Shown: positions 1 to 12,352, counted from the first letter of the whole stretch. The stretch is DNA of 63,166 bases, filler included, from Rhabdomonas costata (GCA_019059605.1; 39 parts of 39 records of this genome joined end to end with filler, not necessarily neighbours in it); one strand, 5' to 3'. Notes: a model not told the origin generated them from the sequence alone. Program-made: numbers and translations.

Positions 1-1162
1 GGTGGTTTTTTCCATTGAATGCAATGAAGATCGTTGATTTGTATCCATTACCTCGCATCGATAAGATAATTGATTACGATGGTAATGCTAAGGTGTTTTC
101 GAAGTTGGATTTGCATGCAGGGTTTCATCAGATTCAACATTTGGAGCGTACAGCATTTAAGACGAAGTACGGCACGTTTCAGTTTTTGGTGATGCCGTTT
201 GGGTTGTGCAATGCACCAGCGACGTTCCAGATGACGATGGAATTTATTCTGGAGGATCTGAGAGACACGACTGGAGCGTATGTGGATGACATCTTGGTGC
301 ACAAGGACACCGTGGCACAGAAGGTTGAAGCGTTGAGAGTGTTGTACAGTAGGTTGTGGAAGGAGAAGCTGTTTGATAATCCCCAGAAGTTTGTGTTTGG
401 TCAGCAGGAAGTGAAGTACTGTGGGTTCATTGTGGGGAGAGATGGAATAAGACCACAGCCGAAGAAGTTGATGGAGATTTACAAGTGGCCAACGTTGAGG
501 AACCCGGTGGATGTGAAGATCTTTCTTTGCCTTTGTGGGTTCTACCAAAGGTTAGTTCCAGATTATGCCACAGTTGCAGCTACATTGACAGAACTGATGA
601 TGAAGAAAGTGGAATGGCATTGGGGATAAGATCAGGAGATAGCGTTTCAAGAGCTGAAGCTGAGGTTGTTGAAGCACCCGGTACTAGTGCCCCCAGACTT
701 TCGCAACCATATAGTGTTGCATACGGATGCGTCGGATTGTGGCATTGTACCGACATTGTATCAACAGTGAGATGACGTAAAGTGCATCTCGTAGCTTGCA
801 GGTCGAAGAATTTGACATGTTCCGAAAGGAACTATTCGGTGCACGAGAATCAGATGTTGGCGTTTGTAGGCACATGTTCTAGGAGTGGAGACATTATCTT
901 CTTGGAGCTGAAGAGAGAGTTCACACTGACAATTTAGCGTTAAACTACTTGCAGAGAAATCCGAGACCTTCGCTGAGTCAGGTAGTGTGGTTGGAAAAGT
1001 TGCAGCACTACACGTTGAAGATCATGCACGTGCTAGGAAGGCTGAATATAGCAGCGGATGCGTTGTCGCGTTATCCATAAGATGATTCAGAGTTGTTGGC
1101 TATGATAACTGCAAGGTTAAGTGGAGATATAGCCAGTGAATTTGTTCTTTGATGTACCTCTT
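1..1162 (+). mobile_element. Degenerate Ty3/Gypsy LTR-retrotransposon pol fragment (RT and RNase H)
   Basis: RT motifs YPLPRID, FSKLDLHAGFHQI, TAFKTKYG, MPFGLCNAPATFQ and YVDD (15-629). RNase H motifs follow (LHTDASD, WRHYLLGAE, HTDN, NIAADALSR at ~1045-1071), interrupted by stops and frameshifts. Confidence 0.95.
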
Positions 1163-1524
1163 GGCAAATAATGATCAGCTTTACACCTCTGACAAATTTC
1201 ACAAGACCTCACGTACTAATTGACCTTCCTATTTTTGTTGGGAAAGATGTGCATAGCCGTAGTCATTAACACTCCGCAATTTCCTGCTGCTGGATAGTCG
1301 TGATACTTTGCAATAACATCCTTCTCTTTACGAAAGGTACACCAATGTTTCCAAGGTCCCACAAACTACCATGATGCCACTTCGTGTTGTCTAACAACTC
1401 TTCCGTAGTCGCATTGAAATATTTCCTCCTGATTTCTGGATTCGTCTAATAGTCTTGCAACCAATCATCCTCGCGATCTTCTGCGCTAACACTCATTGGC
1501 GCACAAAGAGGTACACCAAAACCC
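1153..1524 (-). mobile_element. Gypsy RH-integrase linker and integrase Zn-finger, inverted relative to the upstream RT
   Basis: Minus strand reads GVPLCAP..DDWLQDY*..IRRKYFN..TKWHHG..YHDYPAAG..YVRSCEICQRCKADHYLPRG, homologous to the collinear segment of the copy at 48671-49080. Confidence 0.85.
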
Positions 1525-1624
1525 NNNNNNNNNNNNNNNNNNNNNNNNNNNNNNNNNNNNNNNNNNNNTTAATTAATTAANNNNNNNNNNNNNNNNNNNN
1601 NNNNNNNNNNNNNNNNNNNNNNNN
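1525..1624. other. Artificial contig spacer (first of 38; last at 61545-61644)
   Basis: 44 N + TTAATTAATTAA (stops in all six frames) + 44 N, recurring about every 1.62 kb. Confidence 0.99.
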
Positions 1625-3613
1625 GGTTGGTTGGTGCGATACTCTCCTCACATCCTCCTCCTCAACTTCTTTTTTTGCCCAGTCATCCGCTCGCATGTTT
1701 TTGTGCTGCTCACTGGACACAGTTCACTGTGCAGAGTTGGAGGTGATTTAAATGGAGTTGGGTCTGATGGAAGTTTACTTTCATAAGAAACGTTAAAGAA
1801 TAAACTCAAATATGCCATATGTTCTGCGCAGTCTTCGATGTAATAGAAATTGATATTCCACTTATGTTGAGCTGAGTAAGGCATCAAATCGGTCAGCTTT
1901 CTTTCCCGAGTTCGGCGTCCAGTTTCTATCATGGATGCTTCCCATCCTATTGATGCATGTCCCCTTCTCCAAGTTAGTCCTTTTTGTCTGGAACAGTGTT
2001 GTTAATAGCGGTGCTTTTTTTCGTTCGCACCAGTGGCATCACGGTTTTTCAGGCCCTAAATTCCCAACGGAGGTTACACCGTGGTTTCAACCGCCGTTGT
2101 TACCAATACTGCTCCCGATGCCAATGTTGGATTCATACTCCCTTTTTCAGGTCACGCGGGTCTACTGCAGCTCGTGGTAGATCCCTCGACGGGGCACACC
2201 TCGGCAACCCGAGCTCCCCCAAAGGACGCTGCCCTCCCCACCACCCTCATCGATGCGATGCACCGGACGCTACAGCGGAGATTCTACCGCCAGTGGCTGG
2301 AGGGGCCTCACTCTCCCTCCTCGAACTTCCCCTCCTCCCCTTCCGCAGCGGCATCGGTATCGGCAGGGGAAGGGGAGGAGGGGAAGTTCGAAAGGAGTGA
2401 TTTATAGAAAAATGGCTCAGTGATCTTCTGATGGTGGTCTGTACGCACAGTCACAAATGGTATGGCCTATGAAGGGGAGCAATTCAAAGCTTCCCGCAGG
2501 CCCTTTGTCGATGTGCAATGATGAGTGGTTCTATCAGCAAAATGGCACCTTTGGAGCCTGCCGGAGAGTCGCGGGGATAAAAAAGGCCATCCATTCACTC
2601 CTCATGGTTAGGTTGCAAGGCTGGCAGCTTTTGCTTTCGTCTAAAACCATTCGGACGTTGGCTCAAGCACCATATAAAAGCACAGCAAATTAGAAGAAAA
2701 GTCAGAATTACGGTCAGGATTTGGATTTTCCCTCCTGTCCCTTCGGCAACAAGCATTTGTCATTTCCCCAGGCTGATTTTCTCTCTCGGTTGCGAGCAAT
2801 ATTAACTCCCCTCGTTTCCCCAAAAGAGAGAGTTACTATGCATTGAGAAGGACTCTTCTTCGTCTGCGGTGATTGGTCGCCTTTGAATGTGGTTCTGCTT
2901 CCTCCTTTTCCAAAGAGAATGCGGTAAAGGTTGTAAAGTATCGTGGGTTAATGCGATCTTAAACGTGGAAATGTATTTTTTCTTTTTAGAACTTGACTGC
3001 ACGTTAGGGGAGCACAGTGCTCCTGTTAGGCAAACTTCTTGAAGGTCAAAACGGGTGCACTGTGCTCCCCTAACGTGCAGTCAAGTTCTAAAAAGAAAAA
3101 ATACATTTCCACGTTTAAGATCGCATTAACCCACAACCCCAAGCACANNNNNNNNNNNNNNNNNNNNNNNNNNNNNNNNNNNNNNNNNNNNTTAATTAAT
3201 TAANNNNNNNNNNNNNNNNNNNNNNNNNNNNNNNNNNNNNNNNNNNNGTTGGTTTGTCTATTTTTTCCTTGCCACTTTTCTTTCTCCTGCATTTACTGTG
3301 CAAGAGGCCCTTCTTCCTATCTCCTTTGTTTTTTCCGGTGCTGGGTTGCACGCTGAAATGTTCTTGTTTGCCTTTATTGCACTGTGTTTCTTTTAGGGTT
3401 GTTGTGCAGCCACTTGTCAGTGACAATCCTCAGCATGAAAGCTATTGTAGTGTCCTCGTGTCGGCGAGGCCCTCCGCCGGGTTGGGCATATTAGGTCGAA
3501 GTTAAAACCGCATGCATCTGACAAGGTGAAGTTATGTGGGAGGGGTGTTTCTTTTTTTCCGAGCGTCGTGTGGCTGTTTGCGTTTTCTGAGAAAGTCAGA
3601 GAGACGGACTGAC

Positions 3614-4169
3614 CCTTGCATTGAACCGACGAACTTCGTGGGAGTTGCACAAGAATCTGGGGTTTCCATTTAACTTCCATACTGCTGCACACGTTGTCTG
3701 AATAACAAACAGCTGAGCAAGAGTTTTTCTCACACAGAAAATACCCAAAGAAAGGTATTGAGTGAAAGAGAGCAAGGAATTTTTTAAGTTACAGTTTCTT
3801 CAAAGACAATAAGGGACTTGAGGGACTTTCTCTGCAATATAAAACGATTGAGGAAGTTTGGGAACAAAGCAACAAAACAGCGCACACCTGCCCGATTCCG
3901 ATCTTCCGCACCTTCTTGTTCTGGAAAAGAGCAGTATTTCTCTTCCTGAAAGGAACATTCTTCGACTTCTTCGGCTTAGCCTTAGACTTAGCCTTTTTCG
4001 CGTCAGCCGCCTTCTTTGATTCCTCCTTGATCTCCCTGGCGGTCTTCTTCACTCCTTCCCTTCTCTTTTGCGAATCTTTTTGAGCCTTCTTTTGCAACTT
4101 CTTGGTAACATCTTTCTTGATGTCTTTTTTCGCCTTCGCCGAAGTGGCCTTTTTTGATTTGGGTGGCAT
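3614..4169 (-). CDS. Lys-rich basic protein, 5' exons, function unknown
   Basis: ATG at 4169. Exon 4169-3888 (MPPKSKK...KIGIGQ) ends at a GTGTGC donor; a probable in-phase exon 3697-3614 (TTCAAVWKLNGNPRFLCNSHEVRRFNAR) has AG/GT borders. Confidence 0.6.
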
Positions 4170-4472
4170 TCTGCTAGGTCACAATGCCGTAGGCGCTACA
4201 ATCCTACTCAGTATCGTAACCCCACCCTTTCACTTGAATGTGAGTGCAGCAATGGTCCTGTCTATCAAGGGAATTGTTTCAGATGTTTTTGGAAGATTTA
4301 TTTTTGTTTATTCAATGTTTTTAATGTGTCTTTGACATCTGATCTTTTGGCATTCAGAGGACGCTTAAGTCCAAAAGAATTTCCCCAGGTTGTATAAGGG
4401 AACAGTGGATGTTTTTTTGTGTGGTTTATGTATTTTTCAACCCGCCCGTGTCTTTTGTTTTACGCTCTCCAG

Positions 4473-4715
4473 TGGCGAACCAAACTTCCGAGGGGACCCC
4501 GACCGCGCCGGGTAGCGCCGGAACAGGCCGTGAAGGATGGACCTGGATTTGGACCCGGACACCGGCCCACCAGCGATCCCGCAACTGCACTCCCGGCGGG
4601 CAGCAGAGCGCAGTGGCTGCAAGAGTTCGAGGGCGCACACCCCGCAGCACAGGACCTCGTGATTGCGAAATTGTGCTATTATTGCGATAAGTGGTCTGTG
4701 GCGCTGAAAGCCCAG
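4473..4715 (+). CDS. Exon of hypothetical protein
   Basis: Pyrimidine tract plus CAG, 243-nt GC-rich open frame (WRTKLPRGP...WLQEFEGAHPAAQDLVIAKLCYYCDKWSVALKAQ), then GT donor. Confidence 0.5.
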
Positions 4716-4998
4716 GTACCTCGAGCCGAAAAGAGGCCTCTGAGGAAGGAATGCGCTCCGCCCCACCACACACNNNNNNNNNNNNNNNNNNNNNNNNNNN
4801 NNNNNNNNNNNNNNNNNTTAATTAATTAANNNNNNNNNNNNNNNNNNNNNNNNNNNNNNNNNNNNNNNNNNNNGGTGTGTTTTCAATTTTAGCTTGGATT
4901 TTGTGGAGTTTGGGGCTATTGGCAACTTTCTTCTTGGTGCGCGTGCATTCTAAAAATGCGCAGGAATGTATGCTTGTGACTGTTTGTGTTGTGGGCAG

Positions 4999-6158
4999 CG
5001 GGAGTGAGCGAAGGGGCTCGGCTGACGATCAACGACATGCTGTGCGCGATGGTGGGTGGGGCCTTCCGGCGTTACCTCATGGGCCGTGGGGAGAACCCGG
5101 ACAAGATCCGCCTGGGTTGCGTGGTGCCGGTGAACATTCGCCACCCCAAGGCCGTGGTGCGGTGCGAGAACAAGTTCTCCCTGGTATGCGGGTCTTGCCG
5201 GTGCAGGTGCCTGTGTGCGACCCTTCAGATGTCAGCTCAAATTTCGCCACGGGAACGAGTCTCCGGTCAATTATGCGCGCCGAGACAACTTATGTCGCCA
5301 ACCAGGCACCTGCTGGCCCCCATGCTCCACAGGGGTAGTCCTGGTTTGGGTGGCAACCATCATGCCTGAGCGAGATTAGCATGGTAGACCGTAAATATGG
5401 ATTCGAGCCCACTTCGGTACCTGACAGTATGATTACCTTTAGACCCGGCCCTCTTCCTACCTGTGTATATGTGTGTGCTGAAGCCCCGTGCACGCTGATT
5501 CCGGATGCGACATAGTTCACTGGCTGGTGGGGTTGGGGCTGATGAGATGCCTATGCGCTTGGTGTTTTCTAGCCGGTGGGACGCATACGCTCGTTGCAAG
5601 TCAGGGTGCTTTCCTGCTCAGCTCTCTGTTACGGTGGTTCTTCACCCTAACTTCTTCTCGGAACTCTTTAGTGTGTCCCATGGTCGCTTGAAGAGGAAGA
5701 AAATTCGAATACCCGTTGGAGTCAGAATTGAAATCCAACTCTGCGTTGCAAGAGAGCAGCACGGCATGCCGTGAGACTTTTTTGATCTTTGACGATTGTG
5801 TGATCTCTGTGCTGCCTTTTTTGCAATGCAGGTCTTCGCCCGGCTTCCTGTTCATTTGTATGCCTCGCCTCTCTTCTCTCCCCCTCCCCAGCCCCACTTG
5901 CACTTGTTTATGTTTCGAGCGGAGAGCGGAAATGTATTTAGCTATCGAGTAATTCCCCAGAAGGGGAAAAGTTGCGTTTGTGTTGCTCGTTGAATTGAAC
6001 TGGATAGAGTGGCTTGACTTGAGGCTGCTTCACCACACTGAGTGCCGACCTGAAGAGCTCGTTCAGCTCAGGTTCCTGGAAAACCACCAGCGCAGTGGAT
6101 CCCTCTCTCAAGAACCCATTCGAGCGCTGATGTACGCTATTTCGAAAAGAAGCAATCG
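4999..6158 (+). CDS. Wax ester synthase/diacylglycerol acyltransferase (WS/DGAT family), internal exons
   Basis: Exon 4999-5183 TINDMLCAMVGGAFRRYL..VPVNIR..NKFSL; 26-nt micro-exon 5832-5857 VFARLPVH; phase-compatible exon ~6096-6158. Matches the WS/DGAT T+NDV..GA+RRYL..VPVN+R..N+F..LPV pattern. Confidence 0.8.
5362..5440 (+). repeat. Dispersed ~110-nt element, copy A (shorter, more diverged), inside a WS/DGAT intron
   Basis: Shares GCCT..CGAGA..AG..TG.TAGACCGT..TATGGATTCG.GCC..GGT..TGACAGTAT..TTACC with 22816-22923 and 46636-46744. Confidence 0.85.
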
Positions 6159-6496
6159 GTGCGGTTGACCGATTAGCGTTGAAGAGGCAGTTTCCTGCCA
6201 TTGCCTCATTTTTGCCCTTCCTTAACCCAATAATCTTGGGTCCTGCACAGTTGGGGGGGGCATTAGACGTCTAACGCCCGTCTTACGGCCGTTAGACCCC
6301 CGTATAACACCTCCGAACGGCTCCTAACCCCAGGCATGTTGCTGGGGGCCTCCGCCCCCCAGACCCCCCCGTACGTGCATCGCCTTCAACACCCCCNNNN
6401 NNNNNNNNNNNNNNNNNNNNNNNNNNNNNNNNNNNNNNNNTTAATTAATTAANNNNNNNNNNNNNNNNNNNNNNNNNNNNNNNNNNNNNNNNNNNN

Positions 6497-7900
6497 GGTG
6501 TGTGGTGGCGGCGGAGGGAGGTGGGAGAGGTAGGCATGGAGAGGATGTCCAGCATCTCCACGGCCAGGGCGTGCACAGGGGTTGGGTTGGGGAACTGCTT
6601 CAGGAAGGCCTCCAGGCCACTCTGGGCCTCTACGCGCCGCCCTACGTGTGCAGGATGGGCATGCGACGTTGCGCTCGGAGTCCAGAGCAACAGGACATGG
6701 CGGACTCACCATCGCGCTTGTGAGGGGGCAGACGTGGCTGATAAGGCTCTTCCTCTCACGTTTCCTTGGTTTCAACAGCTCGGGTGCTCTGCCTCAAAGG
6801 GCCATCCGATTGTGGCTGCGGACGCGGACGGGATGCAGGTCATCATATAAGCATATTCAACGGAACCCAACACCTCCAGGTTGGTCGAGGCGGCGGCGTT
6901 GCCACCCAACGTGTGAAGTGAGTGCTCGGGCAAAGGCGCAAGCTAAGACTAAGGTAGAGCTCCTAACTCGACCACGGCCGACCATAAAAACACCCTGAGT
7001 CGCAGAGAAAAAGGCAGCGGAGGCCCACCACACCAACTCACAAACACAAAGAGACCCTGATGAAAGTCCTCCACGCAGCTCGCCCAAGCTCTGGGTCGCC
7101 CACGGTCAGCTGCCTTGCTCTGCAGGGCGTATAGCCACTCCCCTGCGCAGACCCACAAACTTAAATGACCCCCATTTACACTGTCGGACGGAAGAATGCA
7201 GTGCCGCAGCGGTGCAAGTCAGGGGGGTTTCACCAACTCCTTTATCAAGCAGTACCCGCCCTGAGGAAGCACCTGCCTACTCCCAGCGAGGGGAAGACCT
7301 TTCCCCCACAACATTCAACTCCTGGCCTTTTACAAGCGAAAGGTTGAGTGCTCATACCATCCGCGTCCGTGGCTGAGGAGAACGCGTCGGGCACCAGCTC
7401 GTGCACGCGGCACCGGCTCAGCTCCACACTGGGCTCGCGGCACTCCAGCACGGCGGCAAGGAAGATCGCCTCCGAAGGGACCTCCCGGCGGACCTCATCG
7501 TCTGCGGAGGAACGCAGCACACTAACGCCGAGAAGAGAGATGCCCATCTTCTCAAAAGCGAAAGCCCCGCCTACAAAAGGAAAGCAGAAGAGGTTAACCA
7601 CCTGACGAAAACCGAAAAAGCCCCGCACAAGGACGCCCATCGAGGGCCTGGTGAAGGGCAACCTGTGACCTAAAAGGTCATGGGGCTGCAGCACACTTAC
7701 TCCATATCGCAGGGGAGAAGGGGTGGGGAAATCTCAAACTTTATCAACGGGGGCGTCAGTCCAGGTGAGCCGGGCGCGCTGGATTTACTGAACACCAACA
7801 CAATCAGATTTCATCATAGCCCGGCTTATCCACGTTGCACTGTGGAAGCAACCCACCACAGACCAAGTAGGATGGTTGTGTCGAAGAAGGCGTTGAGGTC
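6497..7900 (-). CDS. Multi-exon hypothetical protein (partial)
   Basis: AG/GT-bounded exons 7900-7864, 7501-7358, 7142-7056 and 6641 to contig end splice in consistent phase (DLNAFFDTTILL-DDEVRREVPSEAIFLAAVLE...-GEWLYALQ...-GRRVEAQSGLEAFLKQF). Confidence 0.55.
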
Positions 7901-8354
7901 CTGCAGAAGGCGGGCACGGGCCCACACTTGACCTACGACCTGAGCGGCGCACATGTCCCCTTAAGAACCCCAACGCGAGACTGCCCATAAGCGTGCGTCA
8001 CAGGCCCTTCCAAATCAATNNNNNNNNNNNNNNNNNNNNNNNNNNNNNNNNNNNNNNNNNNNNTTAATTAATTAANNNNNNNNNNNNNNNNNNNNNNNNN
8101 NNNNNNNNNNNNNNNNNNNGTTGTGTTGGGGAAGCACCTGCCTGGCATCGTTCGCCCGCCCCCGGGTCCGAACCTGCACACCAATTGACAGCACGTGACA
8201 TGACAGGGTCACCTCCAGAATGAGACGGAATATAAGGCAATCTTGCTTTCTTGTGATCGCACAGTGACTCTTTGAGCTCTGTTAGCAACAATTGTGTTCT
8301 TTTGTGATGGAGTTGTCCTTCGTGGTCACGTGGGAATGTCGATGGGCTTCTCAC

Positions 8355-9399
8355 TTTAAGAGAGTACTCCTCATGGATTCGGATATTTGCACGCACACCC
8401 ACAGTACCGGAAGCCTCCAAGCCCCTGCGAAGTCTAGCTTCACGGCCCTCGACTGTAGAGGCACTGCAGCTGCCACCACCCCACCTGGCGGCCTCGGCGT
8501 CTGCGAAGGTTGTGCCCCCGGTGGGCCGCCCATGGGCATCGCGAGTGATCGGCAAACTGCGAGAATCAGTTTGGTTCACTCGCCGTACTCCTTCGAAGGT
8601 ATATTCGAACTTCCACTTCCCTCTCGTGCATAGGTTACAGAGTGCATATAAAAAGTGCAATTGGGGTTCAGCAAGAAGTCCACCTGAGCTGTGGCCGCCC
8701 CGTGAGCATATGAAGAAATGCTATTTTCCCTACGCAATGGCACGCGCACACGCACAGCATGAACGCAAGACATCTGGAAGCGCGAATCCCCCGCTCATAT
8801 CCACGTAACGTGCCAGTCCTCGCTTCATCCATTTACCTCTCAGTTATTTTTGGGGAAAGGTGATGGTTTGACAGAAGACCCCACCTTCAGTCACATTACA
8901 TTGTACCGTTCTTCGGCAGTGAGCTGCCGCCTTTTCTCAGGAGGTGGGTTCCTTCATTTTGTCACCAGTTTCGAATGTTCGGGGGAGCAGAGAAGGGCTG
9001 CAGGCTGGCACTGAGTAAAAGTTGGTATAAGTTGGAAGAAATCGAAAAAAAAATTCTAAATCACCTTTTCTTTGACAACTGCTCCACATCGTCACTCCCC
9101 GCATCCCGCAGGGATGGTTGCGGCCATGGAACCCCCGCCGTTTCGGCGCACACCTCGACCTTTCTCTGCACTCCTTGCTCCTCGTGAGGTCCAAAGGTGT
9201 GGAGACAAGCACCCCACAGCATATGCGGGCCCCTCTTCTTGTGCAATTCATGTGTCTCCACCACATTCCGAGACAGTGGCGTGCAGATTTCCTGAATCGG
9301 GATTCCGCACGGTGAAGGCCACCGTGTGAGCCCCACTTTCCCGACCTCTTCAATCGTTAAAAAGGGTTCATCCCAAGCACTCCCTGCCATTACTTTCAC
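8355..9399 (-). CDS. Two exons of hypothetical protein
   Basis: Exons 9399-9065 and 8622-8355 have AG/GT borders and join in phase (..QLSKKR-GKWKFEYTFEG..). Confidence 0.45.
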
Positions 9400-11609
9400 C
9401 TACCGGGGTAGGGGTTAGGAGGTAGGAGGTCTTTCCCACGGAAAAGTTGACTATGGATTGGTCTCATCGAAGATGCCCCCTGTTTCCCCTCCATTTTTAT
9501 GCTCCTCCGCAAGCATTCCTGGGCACTACGCGAACATTCTTCCAGTCACTGAAAAAACGAGTGAAAAAGATCAACTAGGAAATAGACAATATGTAAAGCA
9601 CACATGAGCACAATGTCACACACAAAANNNNNNNNNNNNNNNNNNNNNNNNNNNNNNNNNNNNNNNNNNNNTTAATTAATTAANNNNNNNNNNNNNNNNN
9701 NNNNNNNNNNNNNNNNNNNNNNNNNNNTTTTTGTGTGGAATCCGGTGGAATCCAGTCAGAAGCAAGTAGGGGTGGGGGGATGGCTCCTACAGCTTGAGTC
9801 TATACCCAACCGGAAAACCAGACAAGGGTATCACAACTTGAGCCCGACTGGACGGTTGAGACTCACCCTTGGTGGGGATGGCAGCTTCTAGCTGAACCTG
9901 CGCCACCTTGAAGGGTCCAATTTTGGGGATCTTTGGGGGAGCTCATTTCATTGCGTGAGACCTGGAGGGCCACACGAGCAATGACTGGTCGATTTTGTGC
10001 GGGGTTTTCAAATCGTGCCGGATGCCCCTCCTTGTTGCAATCTTTCTGATTGGAGCACCAACAGAGCCTGAGATAGACATGCCTGGGAAAACTCCAGCCC
10101 TCCGTATGGGGTAGCAAGCGGATCCACCACGGGTGGGCAGTAGCAGGCCACTGGGGGCCCACACGATGCAGAGCGAGCTCGGCGGCGCTGCGAATACAAG
10201 TACGAGCCAGTCACAAAAAAGCAACAGCAGTAGCAGCGCAATTATTGCATTGCAATTACCTTTCGCGCAATAAATCACAGGATGGCAGAGGATGCCAAGG
10301 AGGGATGGGGAAAGGGGAATCGGGAGGAAAGAGCTAAGGAATAGGTTGGACCACAAAAACAAGCGTAGAAGGTGCGCGAATGGGCGGTACAAAAGCAAAG
10401 AAGAGACACAAAGCATAAGTGCAAGTTAACGAAACGCGAAAGAAGAGAGAAAATGAAGAAACAAGGAAAAGGATGTGAAGAAATAGAGGGGGGGGGGAGG
10501 GAGAAGAGAGCGAGCCAGTTACCCAAACGAAAAGAAACCCAGAGAAAACTACCAGAAACTGCACAGGGCTGGTCAGCCACAAAAAGGCAAAGTCAAAACC
10601 ACGACCAAAAAAAAACTCTGTCTGAGCAAATTACTTGGTGGTTGCTCTTTCGTCGAAGCGAGAACCAAAGGAAAAAAGGGACGTCTGGGAAAAGTATTGC
10701 ACTCAGTAATTAAGGGATCAAAAACCCCGTCCACTCAACCCTTACCCTTAAGTCAATGCATCAGCCCAGGCAAACACTTATCCTCTGCTTCTCGGTTATT
10801 GCCACCATACATCCTGCCTCCTGGCTCGCATGCAAACATGCACTGGTGCCAACAAGTATCGCGCACCCAGTTCCCCAATGAAATTTCTTCCGCGTAATAC
10901 GGAGGGGCTTGCATTGGGGTGACAGAAGGAGCAGGAGAAGGGAAAGGGGAGCGGAAGACGTAAGCCATGAGACCATGCCAGCTTCTTCGGCGCGATACTG
11001 GCGTTGCCCATACGTCTCTGTGCGAGGCAAAATGAAGCCACTGCAGCCGAGGTCTGTTTCCGCAAAAGCGAGAGCTCCCCGTGCTCGTGGGCAAAAAGTG
11101 ATGAGGTTGGATGCTGAAAAAATGACAGGTGCAACCATGTTGAAAAACACATGCCTTCATATCAAGAAGGCGGATTACAATGGTGACAGAAACACACAAG
11201 AAGAATTCCTTCCTTTCTAAAACAAAACTATCATTAGACCACCAACAACANNNNNNNNNNNNNNNNNNNNNNNNNNNNNNNNNNNNNNNNNNNNTTAATT
11301 AATTAANNNNNNNNNNNNNNNNNNNNNNNNNNNNNNNNNNNNNNNNNNNNGTTGTCCCTTGGGAGAAAGACTTTGTGGTAATGTGAATGATTTTTTTTGG
11401 ATGAACAGTCAAAATCATTCACATTACCACAAAGTCTTTCTCCCAAGGGATAACCCAGTGAGCGGCCGCTGTTCAAAAATGACAGAAAAACTGCTAAAAA
11501 AAGGAAGCTACAGGCCACAGCAATTGGGAAACACGAAAGAAAAAGAGAGAAGAGAAAGTCCACTGTCCCCGTCACCCAAACCAAAAGGGGAGAACACTGA
11601 GCATCGAAC

Positions 11610-12352
11610 CATGTTGAAGCTCAAGGAGCCCGCGCTGCCCACCGCGGGCAGCACGGAGTCCAGCAGAGCGGCCTGGTACAGCTCCAGCAGGGCCGCAGAG
11701 CGCAAGTCGCAGACCACCACCACTGGGGCAAAGGTGCTGCTCCCCGGATCTTTGGCCCGGCCTGGCCGTAGGGTGATCAACGACGCCATTGCAAAGAGTC
11801 GGGGGGAAGCCCCACTGGCAGTGGCACACGGTGGAATTCGCTCCACAGAGAAGACCGGCGAGAATGGCTCATCGACCTGAAACAGGGGTCAGTCATCCAA
11901 AGAAAAAATGCAGCAGATGGGGATCGTACCGATTTCGGGTCGATTCAAAAAGAAGCGGCGGATAGGACGGAGGAATCAAGTGGCGTGAAAAGGGAGATCC
12001 ACAATGGCAAGGTGCAGAGTAGAGCCATGACGGTAATTGCGGTGACAGATACGCAACTCATCTTGAGGAAATCCCATCACTTCCCACACCGAAAAAACGT
12101 CGGCCAGCTGATGTTTGCCCAACACATGCAGGACCACATAGGCTCACCTCAATGCGCATCGCAAAATCTGATGCCGATGTGGTGTCTGGGTTGGCTTTGG
12201 AGCTAACCAATCGACAGAGCCCGTCCACACAGGTCTCCTCGGCACCAGAGTGGGACAGAAACGTTCCAGAGCAGCCCCCACGGGGAAAGCTGAGCAGCTC
12301 CACAGCAAAATTGGGAGCCACCATCGCAGAAGCCTCCCCCAGTAAAGCCCAC
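11610..12352 (-). CDS. Two exons of hypothetical protein
   Basis: Exons 12352-12208 and 11876-11610 are GC-rich with AG/GT borders and a phase-0 join. Confidence 0.45.

Noticed and set aside
48..548. 166-aa minus-strand ORF and similar antisense ORFs over GC-rich exons (e.g. 13677-14433, 39227-40099)
   Set aside because: Shadows of the real coding strand with no recognisable motifs.
3789..4169. Annotation as ribosomal protein eL8/L7a
   Set aside because: Only a short motif matches and no downstream eL8 exon was found in the contig.
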